This document shows, piece after piece, positions 9,500 through 19,125 of a stretch of 19,125 bases of DNA. Under the pieces are notes generated by a model. It had not been told where the DNA came from and ran no database searches. It was given only the letters and a program-made list of their open reading frames with translations. The translations under genes were made by a program, and so were the position numbers. Every line of letters begins with the position of its first letter. The first letter of the stretch is position 1. The DNA is from Tubiluchus corallicola (lineage: Eukaryota > Animalia > Priapulida), in contig JAQGDQ010001967.1 in the NCBI GenBank assembly GCA_030141605.1, forward strand, positions 1 to 19,125, given 5' to 3'.

Positions 9500-9629
9500 G
9501 CTGCTGCACAAAACTCGACCACCGCTGGACATTGACCAGTACTGGCTAGTTCGAGACAGCATGTGCAATTGCGAATTATTCGTTCTCAGAGTTCTGAAGT
9601 TCAAGGTTTCGTTTGTTCACCCCCATAAG
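9500..9629 (+). CDS. CCNQ: Cyclin-Q coding exon 3
   Basis: tttctag| (K)[43 protein letters not shown] |gtaaat. Compare human [30 protein letters not shown]; 130 nt. Confidence 0.96.
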
Positions 9630-9672
9630 GTAAATTAGTTTTATTGTGAATTATTGATCTTAAAATTTTTTA

Positions 9673-10263
<591 letters not shown>

Positions 10264-10752
10264 TTGATTGTTCATATACTACCCCATTTTCGAGTCTGAT
10301 AAAAAGTATACATTTTATCACCACTGATTGAGCAGAAACATTATTAATCTTATTGACAAGATCTAGTAATTTTACCTTTGCTTACTTAGTGAAGTGTGCG
10401 CTACGAATGCTTTGAATTTTGTCAAACTTTGCAACGTTATCTAAACTTGTTTCAAATTGAACAGTGTGGTTATTTTAACATTACACTGAGGCTTACTCAA
10501 TTTTATTATAATGAGTGAACCATTTTTATGACAAATAAAGAATTAATATATATAATATATATAATATATATATATATATTTCGACTTAGCATCGAAATGG
10601 CTGCGCCTGACGGTCGTCGCGGGGGTTTAATTTAAAATTTTACACAGTGTTACTGCTTACTGCTAACGCAAGCTCTGTATGCACGGAGACAGCGTGTAGG
10701 TGATACAAAATTTCTTACGCTTTATTTACGAAGTGTTTTCTTGTGTTTGAAG

Positions 10753-10877
10753 TATTTATTGGAGTACCTGTGGTCGATGGGACAGTGGATTGAACCAAAG
10801 ATTTGGGAGACATCACCCGTAAAAGAAGCTGCATGGGCCATGCTGAATGACATGTACCACGATGATGTTGTACTCAA
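10753..10877 (+). CDS. CCNQ: Cyclin-Q coding exon 4
   Basis: gtttgaag| YLLEYLWSMGQWIEPKIWETSPVKEAAWAMLNDMYHDDVVL(K) |gtaagt. Compare human YLLHYLVSLQNWL...AWALLRDSYH; 125 nt; AAG acceptor. Confidence 0.93.
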
Positions 10878-11994
10878 GTAAGTGAAAACGTATACTAGTT
10901 GTTACTGATATGTACCACGATGATGTTGTACTCAAGTAAGTGAAAACGTATACTAGTTGTTACTGATATGTACCACGATGATGTTGTACTCAAGTAAGTG
11001 AAAACGTATACTAGTTGTTACTGATATGTACCACGATGATGTTGTACTCAAGTAAGAGAAAATGTATGCTAGTTGTTACTGATGATGTTGTACTCAAGTA
11101 TGTAAAAACGTATACTAGTTGTTACTGACATGTACCACGATGATGTTGTACTCAAGTAAGTGAAAACGTATACTAGTTGTTACTGATATGTACCACGATG
11201 ATGTTGTACTCAAGTAAGTAAAAATGTATACTAGTTGTTACTGATATGTACCACGATGTTGTACTCAGTAAGTGAAAACGTATACTAGTTGTTACTGATA
11301 TGTACCACGATGATGTTGTACTCAAGTATGTAAAAATGTATACTAGTTGTTACTGATATGTACCACGATGATGTTGTACTCAAGTAGTGAAAACGTATAC
11401 TAGTTGTTATTATGTACCACGATGATGTTGTACTCAAGTAGAAAATGTATCTAGTTGTTACTGATGATGTTGTACTCAAGTAAGTGAAAACGTATACTAG
11501 TTGTTACTGATATGTAGCACGATGATGTTGTACTCAAGTATGTAAAAATGTATACTAGTTGTTACTGATATGTACCACGATGATGTTGTACTCAAGTAAG
11601 TAAAAACGTATACTAGTTGTTACTGATATGTACCACGATGATGTTGTACTCAAGTATGTAAAAATGTATACTAGTTGTTACTGATATGTACCACGATGAT
11701 GTTGTACTCAAGTAAGTAAAAACGTATACTAGTTTTGTTGTGTGTGTTACTGATATGTACCACGATGATGTTGTACTCAAGTATGTAAAAATGTATACTA
11801 GTTGTTACTGATATGTACCACGATGATGTTGTACTCAAGTAAGTAAAAACGTATACTAGTTGTTACTGATATGTACCACGATGATGTTGTACTCAAGTAT
11901 GTAAAAATGTATACTAGTTGTTACTGATATGTACCACGATGATGTTGTACTCAAGTAAGTAAAAACGTATACTAGTTGTTACTGATATGTACCA
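10848..11994 (+). repeat. 58-bp minisatellite, about 20 copies, made of the last 30 nt of CCNQ exon 4 plus the donor and first 28 nt of intron 4
   Basis: Unit tgatatgtaccacgatgatgttgtactcaa|gtaagtgaaaacgtatactagttgttac. The first copy overlaps the exon. Confidence 0.96.
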
Positions 11995-12106
11995 TGGTAA
12001 CGTTGGACAGCCAAAACTTTGACATATTGAACTCCTGATATATGACCCCATATATCAAAGTAGATATACTACTGTTGCCGCTGATGCTGCTACTGTTACT
12101 ACTGCT

Positions 12107-12522
12107 GCTATTGTTGGCATCCTTCTGTCTCGGAAGACAATGGAGTCAGTTATTGATCACATTGATGGAGCTGCAGCGTCGACTGTGGCTGAGCAGTGCG
12201 ATCCTCGGACCACTGGAATGACCTCTCCAGGGCGCATGCCTGGGCAAGGTGTATGGAGATCCTGAGTTGCCCAGACAACAGGAACCCCCTCTCTTCCTCC
12301 CTGGTGTAGTCCAAAGGAAAGTGGAGCGATACGTTTGGCGCCAGGTTGGCTGCAGGAGCTGCCGGAGTCAGTGCGCATGCTGCACTGTGGGCATCCTGCA
12401 AGCCTACAGCACCTGGTAGCATTCCTAGGCGGTCACCCATCCAAGTACTAACCAGGCTCTAGGTTGCTTAACTTCAGTGATCAGACGAGAACCAGTGTTT
12501 TCAACGTGACATGGCTGTAGTT
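12107..12522 (-). mobile_element. 5S rRNA-headed SINE (SINE3) with an RTE-LINE-derived body and simple-repeat tail
   Basis: On the minus strand a full-length 5S-like head (12522-12400) runs without an oligo-T terminator into the body shared with 3051-3310. The body includes the relic peptide PRIALLSHSRRCS...* and ends gtcttccgagacagaaggatgccaac followed by (AGC/AGT)n. ttactactgct occurs on both flanks (12096-12106, 12521-12531). Confidence 0.85.
12400..12522 (-). pseudogene. 5S rRNA-derived sequence (SINE head, not a functional 5S gene)
   Basis: Reverse complement ctacagccatgtcacgttgaaaacactggttctcgtctgatcactgaagttaagcaacctagagcctggttagtacttggatgggtgaccgcctaggaatgctaccaggtgctgtaggctt follows metazoan 5S end to end, with CpG-type decay and a small insertion. 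Confidence 0.92.
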
Positions 12523-12611
12523 ACTACTGCTATAATGAATAAATAAGTCAATAAAAGCATCGTATAAAATTAATAAGCCAAACTTACGCTTTGTGTTGGA
12601 ATACATGTTCT

Positions 12612-12865
12612 GACCAGACGGTTTTGTCTAGTGGTAATGCGTCTGCTTTCCGTCTGGGAGGTCGTGAGTTCAAAACAGCGGTCGGGTCATACCAAATACT
12701 TTAAAAATGTTACCTGCTGTTGCCCTGTCTGGCCCGTGGTATTTAGGGTAAAAGTGGGGTGATAATAGTCTCTGTTATGTAGTTGTAGCTTGTTATTTAC
12801 AGTCGGCGATAATAGCTCTTTGAGCTAATGTTAATTGTTGACCCAAAAGTCGACTTTAAATAAAG
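12612..12865 (+). mobile_element. tRNA-derived SINE, probably with a Meta/MESC-type central domain and (ATT)n tail
   Basis: A-box-like TGTCTAGTGG (~12625) and B-box-like GAGTTCAAAAC (12666-12676), followed by ggtcataccaaatactttaaaaatgttacctgctg, which resembles the Meta domain as I recall it. It ends aaataaag followed by (ATT)n. Confidence 0.75.
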
Positions 12866-13043
12866 ATTATTATTATTATTATTATTTATTATTATTATTA
12901 TTATTATTGTTGTTGTTGTTATTATTATTAATATTTTTATTATTATTATTATTATTTATTATTAATATTTTTATTATTATTGTTATTATTATTATTATTA
13001 TTTATTATTATTATTATTATTTGTTATTATTATTATTATTGTT
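12866..13043. repeat. (TTA)n microsatellite, the expanded tail of the tRNA-SINE
   Basis: Directly visible; explains the poly-Y/L/I ORF at 12835-13077. Confidence 0.95.
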
Positions 13044-13259
13044 ACATTCATTAGTGGAAGAGTCATATTTATATTGAGGGATATTGTATACAGTCGTAAC
13101 CTTCTCCCTTAATCAGTTTTTATAATTGTTTGATTTTTAACGATTCATATAATTTGTTACGGATTAAAATAGAAATTTACATACCAGAACTCTTTCCTGT
13201 CTGCTTGGTATCGAGTCTGACGAAAATTAGTGGATAATTGGCCGGTTTTTTTATTACAG

Positions 13260-13362
13260 ATACAAAGCTAATCACATAGCCGTTGCCGTATTGTATCTTG
13301 TGTTTGAATGCTACGGTCTGGAGGTGCCCTACAACGGCGAGGCAAAGACGCCCTGGTGGTCG
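13260..13362 (+). CDS. CCNQ: Cyclin-Q coding exon 5
   Basis: ttttttattacag| (K)[34 protein letters not shown] |gtaagc. Compare human [23 protein letters not shown]...KPWWQ; 103 nt. Confidence 0.96.
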
Positions 13363-13471
13363 GTAAGCGAAGTTTAGCATATATTGGTCGGGGCCTTTTT
13401 ATCTCAGTTGACCGGACAAAAGCAGGGTCCGTATTTGCCGATACTAAGCTAATAAAGTAGGCACCATGGAT

Positions 13472-14070
13472 TAGACTCGCGGTAATGTAGAATCAATCGT
13501 CTAGACTCGCGTAAGGTAGAATCAATCGTCTAGACTCGCGGTAACGTAGGATCAATCGTCTAGACTCGCGGTAACGTAGGATCAATCGTCTAGACTCGCG
13601 GTAACGTAGGATCAATCGTCTAGACTCGCGGTAACGTAGGATCAATCGTCTAGACTCGCGGTAACGTAGGATCAATCGTCTAGACTCGCGGTAGCGTAGG
13701 ATCAATCGTCTAGACTCGCGGTAACGTAGGATCAATCGTCTAGACTCGCGGTAGCGTAGGATCAATCGTCTAGACTCGCGGTAGCGTAGGATCAATCGTC
13801 TAGACTCGCGGTAACGTAGAATCAATCGTCTAGACTCGCGGTAACGTAGAATCAATCGTCTAGACTCGCGGTAACGTAGAATCAATCGTCTAGACTCGCG
13901 GTAACGTAGAATCAATCGTCTAGACTCGCGGTAACGTAGAATCAATCGTCTAGACTCGCGGTAACGTAGAATCAATCGTCTAGACTCGCGGTAACGTAGG
14001 ATCAATCGTCTAGACTCGCGGTAACGTAGAATCAATCGTCTAGACTCGCGGTAACGTAGAATCAATCGTC
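13472..14070. repeat. 30-bp minisatellite, 20 near-identical copies, in CCNQ intron 5
   Basis: Unit tagactcgcggtaacgtag(g/a)atcaatcgtc; explains the RRLILRYRES ORF. Confidence 0.97.
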
Positions 14071-15530
14071 TAATTGTCTCAACAACGACCAGTACAAGCC
14101 GCTCCTGTGCAAAAGTATTTAAGAACTGCTTAAATTGACTCAAATAACTCCGCGTAATTGACTCCATATTTTTATATGCAAGAGATATACACGTGGTTAC
14201 ACTGATGTAATGATGTAAACAAAGTGACGGCCTGCCAATTAGCGGTCAGCTTATGTAACAACGGACTGTGTCAGTAGTATGCGGGACTTTTAACGGTCCA
14301 GATTTTGTCCGATTCTTCCGATATCCGTAAAAGCGATGTCTGGCAAACCGAGAAATGGATGTACTTGTAAAAATGCGCTTTGATTTGCCACACAATTTAA
14401 TAGATTTCTTATTATCATAATAAAGTGACAGCTTAAGAGAGGGATATTGTTGGTGTCAAGCAATTTAATCTAGCATTCTATAATTATTTGTTTTTTTTTG
14501 TATTTTTACAAACATGCATTTCCTGAAAGTGTTTAAAACGAAGCCAGCTTTAGTCATGTGACCTAAGCTTTGGTAGTATACGCCACCTATCAATCACAGT
14601 TGTTTTTACACGTAATCAGATTTTCTGTTGCCGCTATGCTGATCATGCCGTTTGGTGATACTTGCATTGCTTTGTCTATTTTGCTACAATTTAAAAGTCA
14701 CTAGTTGTATTTTCAAGCCAAAGTTGTCACCAGTAAATGTAAGTCACCATCTACTTTAATAATTAGTTAATAGTTTAAATTGGTTAGAATTGCTTCAAAT
14801 CTCTAGAATCATAAAGTAATAATTTGTGTTTCAGTCTTCTTAAATCTAATTTTTTATTTTGTTTAAATAGTAATAACCTTTAGCACGTTCTTAAGCACTT
14901 TTTGTGATCTGTTATTTTAATAAATTGCAGGTCTATCGTGCAGTTCAATACTGATTTTTTTCCGTTTCTTTGCCTGGACTGGGCGCATCCACACATATAC
15001 TTTACTTTTTAAAATCTACAACAATACTTCGATATCAAATACCTGTTGTGGAGATCGCTGCCATCTATTAGAATTACATAGAACATTGTAGAATGTTCCG
15101 TTAGAATTATCGTCTTACCGTGTAGAATGTTCTGGAACAAAACTTCTAGAAGTTTCTTGGGCACGCTATATAAGGCGAAGCAGGCTGCTGACAGACACAC
15201 ACAGGTTCACACGGATGCCACTTACACATTCTCTTGTATACTTGCATTTTCAGATACACTTAAACGTTTTCCAGATTTTCACGTTTAGTGTAATCATTTC
15301 GCGTTCCTTCATACTTTTGTGTTGTAGAATTCTCGCTTAATAAACTAGTTTAATTTGACGAAGTGTTTTTTGGTTTTCTCTACGAGCCTTCCGAGAGAAA
15401 CAAAACACAACACTATTCCCAAGAGGAAGATGGCAGATCTTAAAAGCTCAACGTAGGTACCTAAAATTGAAATTTGTTTTTCAGAATTTGTGGCATTTGA
15501 ATTAACTTATAAATGGTGGTGACTTTTCAG

Positions 15531-15623
15531 GTTTTCTGCGAAGATTTGGTGGAGGAACAGATAGTAGAAATGACGGGAGAAATGATGCACGTTTACGACA
15601 AAGAGCGCCTCCTATTGATGTAG
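15531..15623 (+). CDS. CCNQ: Cyclin-Q coding exon 6 (terminal)
   Basis: cttttcag| VFCEDLVEEQIVEMTGEMMHVYDKERLLLM*. Compare human VFNDDLTKPIIDNIVSDLIQIY. The six exons sum to 771 nt, i.e. 256 aa plus stop. ATTAAA at 15680 is a candidate poly(A) signal. Confidence 0.92.
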   Translation, partial: VFCEDLVEEQIVEMTGEMMHVYDKERLLLM

Positions 15624-15714
15624 ACAAGCATAGATGTTACGGAGACAGAATTACGTCCGCCGCCAACACAAACGTCGCCATTAAACGTAACGTGTTTTCG
15701 ACAATCGTGCGATT

Positions 15715-16692
15715 TGGAGGAGTGAGCATTCTCCTGGAGGAGTGAGCATTCTCCTGGAGCAGTGAGCATTCTCCTGGAGCAGTGAGCATTCTCCTGGAGG
15801 AGTGAGCACTCTCCTGGAGGAGTGAGCATTCTCCTGGAGCAGTGAGCATTCTCCTGGAGCAGTGAGCATTCTCCTGGAGGAGTGAGCATTCTCCTGGAGG
15901 AGTGAGCATTCTCCTGGAGGAGTGAGCATTCTCCTGGAGGAGTGAGCATTCTCCTGGAGCAGTGAGCATTCTCCTGGAGGAGTGAGCATTCTCCTGGAGC
16001 AGTGAGCATTCTCCTGGAGCAGTGAGCATTCTCCTGGAGGAGTGAGCATTCTCCTGGAGGAGTGAGCATTCTCCTGGAGGAGTGAGCATTCTCCTGGAGG
16101 AGTGAGCATTCTCCTGGAGGAGTGAGCATTCTCCTGGAGCAGTGAGCATTCTCCTGGAGGAGTGAGCACTCTCCTGGAGGAGTGAGCACTCTCCTGGAGG
16201 AGTGAGCACTCTCCTGGAGGAGTGAGCATTCTCCTGGAGGAGTGAGCATTCTCCTGGAGGAGTGAGCATTCTCCTGGAGGAGTGAGCATTCTCCTGGAGC
16301 AGTGAGCATTCTCCTGGAGGAGTGAGCATTCTCCTGGAGGAGTGAGCATTCTCCTGGAGGAGTGAGCATTCTCCTGGAGGAGTGAGCATTCTCCTGGAGG
16401 AGTGAGCATTCTCCTGGAGGAGTGAGCATTCTCCTGGAGGAGTGAGCATTCTCCTGGAGGAGTGAGCATTCTCCTGGAGGAGTGAGCATTCTCCTGGAGG
16501 GTGAGCATTCTCCTGGAGCATTGAGCATTCTCCTGGGCAGTGAGCATTCTCTGGAGGAGTGAGCATTCTCCTGGAGGAGTGAGCATTCTCCTGGAGGAGT
16601 GATCATTCTCCTGGAGGAGTGAGCATTCTCCTGGAGGAGTGAGCATTCTCCTGGAGGAGTGAGCATTCTCCTGGAGGAGTGAGCATTCTCCT
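15715..16692. repeat. 20-bp minisatellite, about 49 copies, derived from the TIR of the adjacent MITE
   Basis: Unit tggaggagtgagcattctcc runs directly into the MITE body at ~16693. It explains the three 309-357 aa repeat ORFs. Confidence 0.96.
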
Positions 16693-17043
16693 GCAGGAAC
16701 CGAATTCAAATCGAAATCGAATCTGCCACTGTCGAACTCGAAGCAAAGCGAGTTTCAAAATTTCGAAGCCGAATCCAATTTTATAAAGATTTTAAATAAA
16801 TTTTTTAATCATTTATAAAAAACTCAAGTCTCACAAAGATCATGCATATTGCTTGATTTTATTCTGCCGCAAAAGCATTAATAATTTGTTTAAAATTTTT
16901 GCCCGATAATCGCAGTTAAAGTGTGCCGATTGCATTTTTCACATGTTTAATGAGAAACAATATTTGTTGTTGAAGGTTGTTGTGTTTCGCACTGATTTCG
17001 AACGAAAAAAACTCACTCGAATCGAACTCGATGCTCACCCCCT
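16674..17043 (-). mobile_element. hAT-like MITE copy 2, inverted relative to 2041-2395
   Basis: The right end atcgaactcgatgctcaccccct mirrors the left end of copy 1. The internal aaagatcatgcatattgcttgattttattctgc is the reverse complement of copy 1 gcagaacgaaatcaagtaatatgcaagatcttt. TCGAA motifs occur at both ends. Confidence 0.8.
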
Positions 17044-17379
17044 CTGTGGTTTGTATTTTTTCAGAATTTGTGATATTTGGATAATCTTACTGCCGATACA
17101 TTGTTCTGTCATTGGTGGACCTGTCACCACTCAACATACAGTGTGTTTGACGTTTATGCGATTAAACATTGAAATGTTTTTGTAAATATTTGTGCATTCG
17201 ATTATCTTGTAAATGTGGTGAACTTAGATGATTTATATCATTGATGGGACCTGCATTCAACATACACGTTTGATGATAATGGGACATGTATTCGTAAATG
17301 TTTATGTATTTTTGATTATCTTGTAAATGCGAGTGAATTCCATCAGAGGAGAGAGTTTACGCACACAGAATGTAAAATG

Positions 17380-18917
17380 TGTTTCACTTATGGGTGACAT
17401 ATGTGTGAAATTGTTTCACTTATGGGTGACATATGTGTGTAATTGTTTCACTTATGGGTGACATATATGTGAAATTGTTTCACTTATGGGTGACATATAT
17501 GTGAAATTGTTTCACTTATGGGTGACATGTATGTGTAATTGTTTCACTTATGGGTGACATGTATGTGAAATTGTTTCACTTATGAGTGACATGTATGTGA
17601 AATTGTTTCACTTATGGGTGACATGTATGTGAAATTGTTTCACTTATGAGTGACATGTATGTGTAATTGTTTCATTTATGGGTGACATATGTGTGAAATT
17701 GTTTCACTTATGGGTGACATGTATGTGAAATTGTTTCACTTATGAGTGACATATGTGTGAAATTGTTTCACTTATGGGTGACATGTATGTGTAATTGTTT
17801 CATTTATGGGTGACATATGTGTGAAATTGTTTCACTTATGGGTGACATATGTGTGAAATTGTTTCATTTATGGGTGACATATATGTGTAATTGTTTCACT
17901 TATGGGTGACATATGTGTGAAATTGTTTCACTTATGGGTGACATGTATGTGTAATTGTTTCACTTATGGGTGACATATATGTGAAATTGTTTCACTTGTG
18001 GGTGACATATGTGTGAAATTGTGTCACTTATGGGTGACATATGTGTGAAATTGTTTCACTTATGGGTGACATATATGTGAAATTGTTTCACTTATGGGTG
18101 ACATGTATGTGTAATTGTTTCACTTATGGGTGACATATATGTGACATTGTTTCACTTATGGGTGACATGTATGTGTAATTGTTTCACTTATGGGTGACAT
18201 ATGTGTGAAATTGTTTCACTTATGGGTGACATGTATGTGAAATTGTTTCACTTATGGGTGACATGTATGTGTAATTGTTTCACTTATGGGTGACATATAT
18301 GTGAAATTGTTTCACTTGTGGGTGACATATGTGTGAAATTGTTTCACTTATGGGTGACATATATGTGAAATTGTTTCACTTGTGGGTGACATGTGTGAAA
18401 TTGTTTCACTTGTGGGTGACATATGTGTGAAATTGTTTCACTTGTGGGTGACATGTGTGAAATTGTTTCACTTGTGGGTGACATATGTGTGAAATTGTTT
18501 CACTTATGGGTGACATATGTGTGAAATTGTTTCACTTATGGGTGACATGTATGTGTAATTGTTTCACTTATGGGTGACATATGTGTGAAATTGTTTCACT
18601 TATGGGTGACATATATGTGAAATTGTTTCACTTGTGGGTGACATATGTGTGAAATTGTTTCACTTATGGGTGACATATGTGTGAAATTGTTTCACTTATG
18701 GGTGACATATGTGTGAAATTGTTTCACTTATGGGTGACATGTATGTGAAGTTGTTTCACTTATGGGTGACATGTATGTGAAGTTGTTTCACTTATGGGTG
18801 ACATGTATGTGAAATTGTTTCACTTGTGGGTGACATATATGTGAAATTGTTTCACTTACTGATGACATATATGTGAAACTGTTTCACTTACTGATGACAT
18901 ATATGTGAAACTGTTTC
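17380..18917. repeat. 32-bp minisatellite, about 48 copies, internally palindromic
   Basis: Unit tgtttcacttatgggtgacatatgtgtgaaat; no unique spacers between units. Confidence 0.97.
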
Positions 18918-19034
18918 AAAACTATTTTTTTAAACAATAAAGTCGATTTAGAAATCACACATCATTTTAGAAAAAAGGTTTATTCTGGTTTTCGTCATCC
19001 TTTAAGTGATTATATTGTACAAACTGATTAATTG

Positions 19035-19106
19035 GCCTACCACAATTCCTTTTACAAACGGATCACATTGTGCAGTTCCTAGCCTACCGCAATTCCTTTT
19101 ACAAAC
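19035..19106. repeat. Short direct repeat (about 25 bp, 47-bp spacing)
   Basis: gcctacc(a/g)caattccttttacaaac at 19035 and 19082. Confidence 0.8.
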
Positions 19107-19125
19107 AAACAAATGCACAAGTTGG

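Noticed and set aside
12400-12522. Functional 5S rRNA gene
   Set aside because: Single copy with multiple substitutions, an insertion and no oligo-T terminator, fused to a retroelement body.
12612-12685. Functional tRNA gene
   Set aside because: Degenerate A/B boxes, no convincing acceptor stem, and it continues into a SINE body and tail.
13493-14167. 224 aa RRLILRYRES repeat ORF
   Set aside because: A 30-bp minisatellite in intron 5, antisense to CCNQ, with no recognisable domain.
13465-14168. Possible inverted termini (atggattagactcgcgg / ccgcgtaattgactccat) around the 30-bp array
   Set aside because: The match is short and gapped with no TSD, so it could be chance.
15593-16709. Three 309-357 aa minus-strand ORFs (MLTPPGECSLLQENAHSSRR repeats)
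   Set aside because: They are translations of a 20-bp non-triplet repeat that is stop-free in all three frames, antisense to the CCNQ 3' region, and the unit derives from a TIR.
17380-18917. CRISPR-like appearance (32-bp palindromic repeats; also the 30- and 37-bp arrays)
   Set aside because: Units are contiguous with no unique spacers, there are no cas genes, and the context is a spliced eukaryotic locus.

Overview
AT-rich, repeat-dense nuclear DNA from an invertebrate animal; the species cannot be determined. It is not prokaryotic. Three protein-coding genes are supported. Two are nicotinamide riboside kinase (NMRK/Nrk1-family) paralogues, each with an uninterrupted kinase ORF, arranged head-to-head: 3655-5055 (-), which carries a ~260-aa acidic insertion built largely from a 58-aa repeat, and 6222-6836 (+). 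The third is a six-exon cyclin-Q/cyclin-M gene (CCNQ/FAM58A, 7577-15623 +, 256 aa) that the ORF track misses; I assembled it by hand with consistent GT-AG boundaries and phases. Roughly a third of the window is tandem repeat. Several arrays grew out of functional sequence: the NMRK C-terminus, a CCNQ exon end plus splice donor, and a transposon terminal inverted repeat. Mobile elements include two families of hAT-like MITEs, a 5S rRNA-headed SINE with an RTE-LINE-derived body, a related headless RTE fragment, and a tRNA-headed SINE. A minus-strand ATGCAG|GTAAG just upstream of CCNQ suggests a bidirectional promoter, with one NMRK paralogue possibly nested antisense inside an intron of the other. 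I found no convincing wholly new system. The long repeat ORFs in the track are artefacts. Family assignments rest on remembered reference sequences, not searches.
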